A DNA stretch of 23,798 nucleotides, taken from NCBI GenBank assembly GCA_038237895.1, contig JBBRYE010000051.1, positions 1 to 23,798 of the forward strand. The letters are read 5' to 3'. The DNA comes from Sphingobacteriales bacterium. Its GTDB lineage: Bacteria > Bacteroidota > Bacteroidia > Sphingobacteriales > Sphingobacteriaceae. Below are positions 1 to 7,198 of this stretch, in pieces (position 1 is the stretch's first letter; each line of letters begins with the position of its first letter). The notes under the pieces were generated by a model. The model did no database searches. It was not told where the DNA came from and was given only the letters and a program-made list of their open reading frames with translations. The position numbers and the translations under genes are program-made.

Positions 1-263
1 AAATCGGGGTTTTCAATTTTATCATAAATAGATATATCAAATAAGTAAGGTAAAAGCAAATCATCTAATTTAGAAGATAGTTCATTCAGGTCGTTTAAAT
101 AAAGGTTTTGTCCTATTAATGATATATCAATATCAGAACCTGGCCTATAATTATCTTTTGCTCTAGAACCATAAATCATAACTTTTTCGATTTTTGGAAA
201 CTGATTTAACGTATTTCTAATTTTATCCAAATCAATAGCATTCAAACCAAAATCAGCCATCAT
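1..263 (-). CDS. Minimal nucleotidyltransferase (MNT, HI0073-like), putative antitoxin partner of the adjacent HEPN protein; 3' end truncated by the window edge
   Basis: Not in the supplied ORF track. Manual reverse-complement translation from ATG 263..261 gives MMADFGLNAIDLDKIRNTLNQFPKIEKVMIYGSRAKDNYRPGSDIDISLIGQNLYLNDLNELSSKLDDLLLPYLFDISIYDKIENPD... and stays open to position 1. It contains the pol-beta-type NTase signature G-S-x(9-10)-D-I-D. Its ATG overlaps the upstream TGA stop by 4 nt (ATGA). Confidence 0.75.
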   Translation of the reverse strand, partial: MMADFGLNAIDLDKIRNTLNQFPKIEKVMIYGSRAKDNYRPGSDIDISLIGQNLYLNDLNELSSKLDDLLLPYLFDISIYDKIENPD

Positions 264-658
264 AATGATTTTAACTTTTGTTCTAACTGAATAAATTTTT
301 CAAAATAATCTTCTCTTATTTTTATCAATATTTCTTTGGCAATATCCTGATTGTAAGTATGTGAACTTTTAATTCTGCTTTCAATCATATCCATCCAAAT
401 ATGTCCTTCCTCAATCAAATTTCTATTAAAAGCCATCCTAAAAGCATCTCTACTTCCAATAATTTCAGTAATTCCTTGAAAACTTAGATAATCCTTAATT
501 ACATTCCATGATAATTCGTAAGTGTATTTAAACGCTTGAATTAGACCCTGCTCTTCTAGTTCATTCAAATTTTCTCCCTTTAAAAATTTTTCCAATTGCC
601 TTAAGGCTTTTTGATAATTTTTAAATCTTTGTTGCCAACGGATGTCTTGATTTTCCAT
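260..658 (-). CDS. HEPN-domain protein of the 'nucleotidyltransferase substrate-binding protein' (HI0074-like) type; putative RNase toxin
   Basis: 132-aa all-helical-looking ORF. HEPN RX4HXY motif at R95-IKSS-H100-T-Y102 (nt 353-376). Translationally coupled (ATGA overlap) to the MNT gene downstream. Confidence 0.8.
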   Translation of the reverse strand: MENQDIRWQQRFKNYQKALRQLEKFLKGENLNELEEQGLIQAFKYTYELSWNVIKDYLSFQGITEIIGSRDAFRMAFNRNLIEEGHIWMDMIESRIKSSHTYNQDIAKEILIKIREDYFEKFIQLEQKLKSL

Positions 659-673
659 TTATATCAATTAAAT

Positions 674-3445
674 TTAAAACAACTTTGTTTGTCCTTTATC
701 ATCTAGTTTAATATCATTTGGATTGGTAATCTCAAAATCTATTTTTCTTTCTTGTTTTGGATTTGAGGTGAATTTAGGTTTGCTTTCCTCTGTATTTGTG
801 GTTTCTTCTTTCTCTTTTTTATCTATCGCTTCTTCAATAATTTTTGATTCAACTTTTAAAGGTTCGCTTTTGATAGTATCCTCATCAGTTATTTCTTCTT
901 CTTCGTCGATGCTAATTTCTTCAATCTCTTCTTCTTGTACTTCTTCTCTATCGTTAATCTCAGAAATCAATTCTATTTTCTGCACATCATTTTGACTCAG
1001 TTTATTTCCTTGAGCTTTAATTCCTTTTACATCAATAGCTTCTGATAAGTCTAATTCTTGTTCATCAAAGATTTGAGATTTTCCTTTTAAGGATTCTATC
1101 TTTATTATCGGATGGTCTGCGCTACTAAGTAATATCATTTTAGAATTAGGTTCTTCGCTGATAAATCCGCTACGCTTTCCAATAGCCAAATCCTCAAAAA
1201 TAAATCTTTTGATAAAATAGTTTTTTGATTTACCATCAAAGTGGATACAAGAGAATACTTTTTTGGTATCTAGTTTTTCTATTCTTAACATTTTATCATC
1301 AAAATGATTGCTTAGATCAAAACTAGAAAGTTCATAACTTCCATCATTAAAAACACAAAGTATTTTATCTTCTGCCTGAAATTCGCCTAAATATCTACCG
1401 TGTCCATTTTCATTTAAACGTTTTGTAATTGGATCATACCAGATTTTTCTCCCTGCCAAAGTAGAAACACCTTTAGATTTCAAGGTTACTTTTTTGATGG
1501 CATACTTGCTTAAAATATTTCCTTGTGATGCTCTTCCTTTAATAGAAGTTTCGGCAAAATCAATATCAAAAGAAAGTTTCTTTAGCTTAGATAAAGGCTT
1601 TAAAGCTACATTAATCACTTCGGCTTCTCCGTTAGGGTTTGCGGTAAAATATAATGTTTTACTGCCCTTACTAGCTTTTGTTAAATCATATTCTTTATCA
1701 CGAGTAACACCACCAATTGCAAAACGCTTGATGTATGCAACACCAGTTTTACCATCTTTATAAACCATGTTATAAATGGTACGTTCATCGTTTTTCTTGA
1801 AAACACCAACATGCAATAAGTTTTTCCCTACAAATGTTTTATCCTGAACTTTGGTAACCAAGCAAACTCCATCTTCCCTAAAAACAACAATATCGTCTAA
1901 ATCCGAGCAATCGAAAATATACTCATCCTTCTTCAATCCTGTACCTATAAAACCGTCTTCTCGGTTTACGTAAAACTTGGTATTTGCTAAAGCTACTTGT
2001 GCAGCTTCTACCCTATCAAAAGTTCTAATCTCTGTTTTACGTTCCCGGCCTTTGCCAAATTTTTCTTTTAATCGATTAAAATAAGCAATCGCATAATCGG
2101 TTAAATGCCTTAAATCATGTTTAACATTTTTGATTTCTTTTTCCAAAGCTGCCATTTGCTCATCCGCTTTTTTAACATCAAAACGGGTGATGCTACTCAT
2201 TGGCTTATCAATCAGTTTCTTAAAATCTTCAGGTAAAATTTCTCTATATAAAGTGGGTTTAAAAGGCTCGAATAATCGGTGTAAAACAATTAAAACTTCC
2301 TCAAAATTTGTGGAATTTTCATAATCAGGATGTTTGTACATCCCTTCTTGGATAAATATCTTCAATAAAGAACTAAAGAAAATTCGCTCCATTAAATCAT
2401 GAAGTTTAATCTCTAATTCTCTCTTTAATAGGTTTTTAGTATAATGAGTGCTCTCGACTAAAATATCGTTAACACTCATAAAATGAGGTTTATCTCCTTT
2501 TATGATACAGGTATTTGGCGAAATAGAAACCTCGCAATTGGTAAAAGCATAAAGTGCATCAATGGTAACATCAGGAGAAATTCCAGGAGCCAAATGAATA
2601 ACTATTTCTACATCTTTTGCCGTGTTGTCCTCAATTTTCTTGATTTTTATTTTACCCTTATCATTAGCAGAAATAATGCTATCAATTAAACCAATGGTGG
2701 TGGTAGAAAAAGGAATTTCTGTAATAACTAGCGTCTTTTTATCTAATTCTGAAATTTTTGCCCTAACTCTAATTTTTCCACCTCGTTGTCCTTCATTATA
2801 GTTTGAAAAATCGGCCATGCCACCCATTAAAAAATCAGGAACAATATCTGGTCGGTTACCTTTTAAAATTTCTATAGATGCATCAATTAACTCAATAAAA
2901 TTATGAGGCATTACTTTGGTGGCCAAACCAACTGCAATACCTTCGGCACCTTGAGCCAATAAAAGAGGGAATTTTACGGGTAAAGTAATTGGTTCTCTAT
3001 TTCTTCCGTCGTAAGACGATTGCCATTCGGTAGTATCGGGATTAAAAACAACTTCTAAAGCAAATTTGGATAATCGAGCTTCGATGTATCGAGGTGCGGC
3101 AGCAGAATCTCCGGTTACGGGATCTCCCCAGTTACCTTGGGTATCAATTAATAAATTTTTTTGACCGATTTGGACCATGGCATCACCAATAGAAGCATCG
3201 CCATGTGGATGATACTTCATGGTATTTCCAATTACGTTAGCCGCTTTATTAAAACGTCCATCATCCATTTCTTTTAATGAATGTAAAATACGACGCTGAA
3301 CGGGCTTCAATCCATCATGAATATGCGGAACCGCCCTATCTAAAATTACATAAGAAGCATAATCAAGAAACCAATTTTCGTATAAACCGCTTAATGGCGT
3401 TACGTTATGTAAGGCTTCTTCGTTTTTGTAATTGTTTTCTTCCAT
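674..3445 (-). CDS. parC: DNA topoisomerase IV subunit A (type IIA topoisomerase A subunit, Bacteroidota long form)
   Basis: 923 aa. N-terminus has LDYASYVILDRAVP..DGLKPVQRRIL, a QRDR-like HPHGDASIGD, and the catalytic Tyr in AAAPRY(120)IEARL. The N-terminal pattern matches ParC rather than GyrA of this phylum. parE lies on the same strand nearby. Confidence 0.88.
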   Translation of the reverse strand: MEENNYKNEEALHNVTPLSGLYENWFLDYASYVILDRAVPHIHDGLKPVQRRILHSLKEMDDGRFNKAANVIGNTMKYHPHGDASIGDAMVQIGQKNLLIDTQGNWGDPVTGDSAAAPRYIEARLSKFALEVVFNPDTTEWQSSYDGRNREPITLPVKFPLLLAQGAEGIAVGLATKVMPHNFIELIDASIEILKGNRPDIVPDFLMGGMADFSNYNEGQRGGKIRVRAKISELDKKTLVITEIPFSTTTIGLIDSIISANDKGKIKIKKIEDNTAKDVEIVIHLAPGISPDVTIDALYAFTNCEVSISPNTCIIKGDKPHFMSVNDILVESTHYTKNLLKRELEIKLHDLMERIFFSSLLKIFIQEGMYKHPDYENSTNFEEVLIVLHRLFEPFKPTLYREILPEDFKKLIDKPMSSITRFDVKKADEQMAALEKEIKNVKHDLRHLTDYAIAYFNRLKEKFGKGRERKTEIRTFDRVEAAQVALANTKFYVNREDGFIGTGLKKDEYIFDCSDLDDIVVFREDGVCLVTKVQDKTFVGKNLLHVGVFKKNDERTIYNMVYKDGKTGVAYIKRFAIGGVTRDKEYDLTKASKGSKTLYFTANPNGEAEVINVALKPLSKLKKLSFDIDFAETSIKGRASQGNILSKYAIKKVTLKSKGVSTLAGRKIWYDPITKRLNENGHGRYLGEFQAEDKILCVFNDGSYELSSFDLSNHFDDKMLRIEKLDTKKVFSCIHFDGKSKNYFIKRFIFEDLAIGKRSGFISEEPNSKMILLSSADHPIIKIESLKGKSQIFDEQELDLSEAIDVKGIKAQGNKLSQNDVQKIELISEINDREEVQEEEIEEISIDEEEEITDEDTIKSEPLKVESKIIEEAIDKKEKEETTNTEESKPKFTSNPKQERKIDFEITNPNDIKLDDKGQTKLF

Positions 3446-3489
3446 TGTTTGTTTTTAACCGCACAGTTTTTTTCTGGATGGCTAGATTT

Positions 3490-3519
3490 TTAACCGCAAA
3501 GGACGCTAAGGTCACAGAG
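3490..3519 (+). repeat. Inverted-repeat arm A flanking the GxxExxY gene (TTAAC + three 9-nt units)
   Basis: TTAACCGCAAAGGACGCTAAGGTCACAGAG. It matches 24/30 positions with the reverse complement of 4174-4203. The internal 9-mers are CGCAAAGGA/CGCTAAGGT/CACAGAGCT. A truncated extra copy, TTTTTAACCGCACAG, lies at 3452-3466. Confidence 0.65.
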
Positions 3520-3769
3520 CTGGGTTTTTTATTTTTTTTCTTTCCATTCTGAAATTTTCTGTTTTAAATATTTCATGGAATGAAACTTTCCTTTCTCTGC
3601 TTTTTCAATCATTTCCTTAATATCTTCATTAGTAAAATAACAAACTTTGATACCTTTGAGATTAGATGTTTTCGTATTATTTATATATTAAAATCATTAC
3701 TAAAGTTGAAAAATTGAGCTTTATTTAGTTAAGTCTTAGAAATACGCATCGAATACTTAAATATTTATT

Positions 3770-4150
3770 TTAATGCTCGTTGATGACTCTTTTTAATCCG
3801 TCTTTTAATAGTAAAACATTGAAATTTATCAATAAACCTAATTTACAATCTGAAAGCTTTAAATAAGTTAATAATTGAGCTAGATAAATATCATTCATTT
3901 CCTTAACAGATTTAACTTCAATTATAACTTTATTAGCGACCAAAATATCTAATCTATAACCACAATCTAATTTTACATCGTCATAAATTATTGGTAAAGG
4001 TTTCTCTTTTTCAACAAATAAACCATTTTTATTCAACTCATAAGCCAAACATTCTTTATAAACAGATTCCAATAAACCTGGACCTAATTCTTTATGAACT
4101 TTAATAGCAAAACCAATTATTTTAGTCGCTAGAGAGTTTTCAATTTCCAT
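3770..4150 (-). CDS. GxxExxY family protein (PD-(D/E)XK nuclease-like fold, function unknown)
   Basis: 126 aa. Exact family motif G-LL-E-SV-Y in GPGLLESVYKECL. Nuclease-like D...E-x-K in RLDILVANKVIIEVKS. Size is typical of the family (about 125 aa). Confidence 0.82.
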   Translation of the reverse strand: MEIENSLATKIIGFAIKVHKELGPGLLESVYKECLAYELNKNGLFVEKEKPLPIIYDDVKLDCGYRLDILVANKVIIEVKSVKEMNDIYLAQLLTYLKLSDCKLGLLINFNVLLLKDGLKRVINEH

Positions 4151-4173
4151 TTCTTATTGATTTTCTCATCCAA

Positions 4174-4203
4174 CTTTGTGAACTTTGCGCTCTCTGCGGT
4201 TAA
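4174..4203 (-). repeat. Inverted-repeat arm B flanking the GxxExxY gene
   Basis: Read on the minus strand: TTAACCGCAGAGAGCGCAAAGTTCACAAAG, with 9-mers CGCAGAGAG/CGCAAAGTT/CACAAAGTT. It lies 23 nt upstream of the GxxExxY ATG and 20 nt downstream of the cdd stop. Confidence 0.65.
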
Positions 4204-4223
4204 AATTAAAAAATTCTCTGTCG

Positions 4224-4745
4224 CTACTCACCTCCCAATCTCTCCTCAAAAAACATAAAAGGCAAGAAGCTTCTAACACCTTTCGCTTTCCAAACTGGGC
4301 CACCAATACAATACAATAAAACTTCAATTTCTTTAGATTGCTTTTTCTCAGATTCTGCCATTACCTGCAAACAGGCTCCACAAGGAGTTGTAGGTAATTC
4401 TAATTTAAACTGATTTGTTTGGGCAGTAACCGCTATTGCTACAATTTCGTCCTTAGGATAATTTGCACCAATTGTAAAAAGAGCAACCCTTTCGGCACAT
4501 AAACCAGATGGATAAGCTACATTTTCTTGGTTGCTACCATAAACAATCTTTCCAGAAGCTAACTTTACCGCTACACCAACTTTAAATTTAGAATATGGTG
4601 AATGGGAATTTTCTAAGGCTTTAACCGCTTCTAAACACAATTCTTTATCGGTTTTAGCCAAATCTTCTATACTTTCAAAATCTTCAAAAGCTATATTTAT
4701 TTCTTTTTTTATCAATGATGTTTTATTAATAAATTTATGTGACAT
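4224..4745 (-). CDS. cdd: Cytidine deaminase (small homotetrameric-type CDA with an N-terminal extension)
   Basis: 173 aa. Zinc-ligand/catalytic motifs C-A-E (GLCAERVAL) and P-C-G-x-C (TPCGACLQVM). The start lies 4 nt after the parE stop. Confidence 0.82.
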   Translation of the reverse strand: MSHKFINKTSLIKKEINIAFEDFESIEDLAKTDKELCLEAVKALENSHSPYSKFKVGVAVKLASGKIVYGSNQENVAYPSGLCAERVALFTIGANYPKDEIVAIAVTAQTNQFKLELPTTPCGACLQVMAESEKKQSKEIEVLLYCIGGPVWKAKGVRSFLPFMFFEERLGGE

Positions 4746-4749
4746 TCAA

Positions 4750-6663
4750 CTAAGCTGCAGTATTGGCCATAGCTTCAGCATCTTCAATTGCTTGTTTTGC
4801 ATCCGCTATAATTTCCGCATCGTCTTTCTCTACCCTTAAATTTTGGACAATATGTTGTTGCCTATCCATGGTGTTTTTACCCATGTAATACTCTAACAGG
4901 TTTTTAATTTTTGTTTCGCCTTGTAAAATCACCGGATCCAGACGAATATCCTCTCCAATAAAATTCTCAAATTCATCTGGAGAAATTTCTCCTAAACCTT
5001 TAAATCTCGTAATTTCTGGCTTCCCGCCGAGTTTATCAATCGCTAAAACTCGTTCTTCATCGCTGTAGCAATAAATAGTCTCCTTTTTGTTTCTTACCCT
5101 AAATAATGGTGTTTGTAGAATAAATACATGACCAGTTTTTACCAAATCTGGGAAAAATTGCAAAAAGAAAGTCATCAATAATAAACGGATATGCATTCCA
5201 TCCACATCGGCATCAGTAGCAACTACAATATTATTATAACGAAGTCCTTCTAATCCATCCTCAATATTTAAAGCATGTTGTAATAAATTGAATTCTTCGT
5301 TTTCATAAACCACCTTTTTTGTTAAACCATAAGCATTTAAAGGTTTTCCTTTGAGAGAAAAAACTGCTTGTGTTTTAACCTCACGGGCTTTTGTAATAGA
5401 ACCCGATGCCGAATCTCCCTCAGTAATAAATAGCGTTGTTCTTTTACGTTCTTCTTCGCTTAATTTTTCATCATCTAAATGCCACTTGCAATCACGCAAT
5501 TTACGGTTATGCAAACTCGCTTTTTTTGCTCTATCATTTGCCAGTTTTTTAATTCCAGCAATATCCTTACGCTCTCTTTCAGATTGTAAAATTCGTTTTA
5601 ATAAAGCATCGGCAGTTTGTGGGTTTTGATGCAGGTAATTATCTAACTCTTTTTTAATAAAATCATTGATAAACGCTTTTACACTTGGCCCCTCTGGCCC
5701 AATGTTTAAGGATCCTAATTTGGTTTTCGTTTGAGATTCAAATACTGGTTCTTGTACTCTAATAGAAATGGCTGCAACAACAGATGCCCTTATATCAGAA
5801 GCATCGTATTCCTTCTTATAAAACTCTCTTACCGTTTTAACTAATGCTTCTCTAAAAGATTGTTGATGAGTTCCGCCTTGTGTGGTATGCTGCCCGTTTA
5901 CAAAAGAATAATATTCTTCACCATATTGCTGCCCATGTGTCATGGCAATTTCAATATCTTCTCCTTTTAAATGGATTATTGGGTAACGGTTAGCTTCTGG
6001 ATCTGTATTTCTGGCTAATAAATCATATAAACCTCTTTCAGAAAAAAACTTTTGTCCGTTAAAATTGATGGTTAAACCAGCATTTAAGAAAACATAATTC
6101 CAAATCATGTTTTCGATAAATTCAGGAATGTATCTGTAGTTTCTAAAAATACTTTCATCAGGAACGAAAATTACGGCAGTTCCGTTACGCTGTGTGGTTT
6201 CAATTTCCTGATTATCTTTTATCAATTCTCCTTGTTCAAACTCAGCTTTTTTAGTTTTTCCATCACGATAAGACTGTACGGTAAAACTCCCCGAAAGGGC
6301 GTTTACTGCTTTAGTACCAACACCATTTAAACCAACAGATTTTTGGAAAGCTTTAGAATCATATTTACCACCAGTATTAATTTTAGAAACGCAATCAATT
6401 ACTTTACCAAGCGGAATGCCGCGTCCATAATCTCTGATAGAAACTTTATGGTCGCTTACGGTGATGTCAATTGTTCGCCCTGCACCCATTACAAACTCAT
6501 CAATAGAGTTGTCCATGATTTCTTTTAGGAGTACATAAACGCCGTCATCATAGGCAGAACCATCGCCCAACTTCCCGATATACATCCCGGGACGAAGCCT
6601 GATATGTTCTTTCCAATCGAGGGACCGGATGCTATCTTCACTATAATTTACTTCTTCAGCCAT
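4750..6663 (-). CDS. parE: DNA topoisomerase IV subunit B (type IIA topoisomerase ATPase subunit)
   Basis: 637 aa. GHKL ATPase N-terminus ([24 protein letters not shown]), TOPRIM region ([18 protein letters not shown]), and PLFRV..KGLGE at the C-terminus. Confidence 0.88.
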   Translation of the reverse strand: MAEEVNYSEDSIRSLDWKEHIRLRPGMYIGKLGDGSAYDDGVYVLLKEIMDNSIDEFVMGAGRTIDITVSDHKVSIRDYGRGIPLGKVIDCVSKINTGGKYDSKAFQKSVGLNGVGTKAVNALSGSFTVQSYRDGKTKKAEFEQGELIKDNQEIETTQRNGTAVIFVPDESIFRNYRYIPEFIENMIWNYVFLNAGLTINFNGQKFFSERGLYDLLARNTDPEANRYPIIHLKGEDIEIAMTHGQQYGEEYYSFVNGQHTTQGGTHQQSFREALVKTVREFYKKEYDASDIRASVVAAISIRVQEPVFESQTKTKLGSLNIGPEGPSVKAFINDFIKKELDNYLHQNPQTADALLKRILQSERERKDIAGIKKLANDRAKKASLHNRKLRDCKWHLDDEKLSEEERKRTTLFITEGDSASGSITKAREVKTQAVFSLKGKPLNAYGLTKKVVYENEEFNLLQHALNIEDGLEGLRYNNIVVATDADVDGMHIRLLLMTFFLQFFPDLVKTGHVFILQTPLFRVRNKKETIYCYSDEERVLAIDKLGGKPEITRFKGLGEISPDEFENFIGEDIRLDPVILQGETKIKNLLEYYMGKNTMDRQQHIVQNLRVEKDDAEIIADAKQAIEDAEAMANTAA

Positions 6664-6722
6664 TGTTTAGATTTGAGTATTAAGATTTGGGGTATGAGAC
6701 CTAACAAATCAATCAACCTTTA

Positions 6723-6730
6723 CAAAGCTA
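6723..6730 (-). promoter_or_regulatory. Candidate Bacteroidota -7 promoter box (TAGCTTTG) for parE
   Basis: The minus strand reads TAGCTTTG, matching TAnnTTTG, about 60 nt upstream of the parE ATG. A perfect 14-bp palindrome, ATTTTGCGCAAAAT (6733-6746), sits immediately upstream. Motif match only. Confidence 0.3.
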
Positions 6731-7198
6731 AAATTTTGCGCAAAATAGGCAAGAGGAAGATTTCAACATTTTTCAAAGGAACTACGATTCAAAAAAGTAA
6801 TTATTAGAATAAATAATTATTTAAAATAACATTTAATGAGTTGATCAAGATTTTTAGAACTGTTGGTGTTATTTATAGATCAGTTTTGCCTAATAGTATT
6901 ATTATAGATAAATTTTAGAAAATCGAAAATAAACTTTAAAAAATTAATGGTTTGTTTCATATCTAAATTTTGATTTATATGATCTAAGATATAAAAGCAA
7001 CAAAAGATTTTAAAGGAGAATTTTTGAAACAGGTATTTATGTGTTTGAAACCTGCTTTCTAATATATGAAGTTAAATATCCCAGCCCATTAAAAAGTTCA
7101 CATCAATTAAAAAGGATATTTTATGCTATACAATGAAGGTTTTGTAAAGTACTATATAATCAGTATGCTAAATATCTTATTTTAGTTTTTTTAAAATT

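Noticed and set aside
723-3552. Plus-strand ORFs 723-995, 1494-1763, 2130-2324, 2483-2689 and 3277-3552, antisense to parC
   Set aside because: They lie wholly inside or against a strongly supported gene. Their translations are low-complexity (Ser/Leu/Phe-rich), as expected of shadow frames in AT-rich DNA. The 3277-3552 tail (..TAKDAKVTELG) is just the 9-mer repeat arm read in frame.
5351-6807. Plus-strand ORFs 5351-5629, 6343-6528 and 6604-6807, opposite parE
   Set aside because: Shadow ORFs antisense to parE or running into its promoter region. No recognisable motifs.
6810-6823. Perfect 14-bp palindrome TAAATAATTATTTA
   Set aside because: It is composed only of A/T in an AT-rich intergenic region, so it is expected by chance. 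No associated gene start or repeat partner.
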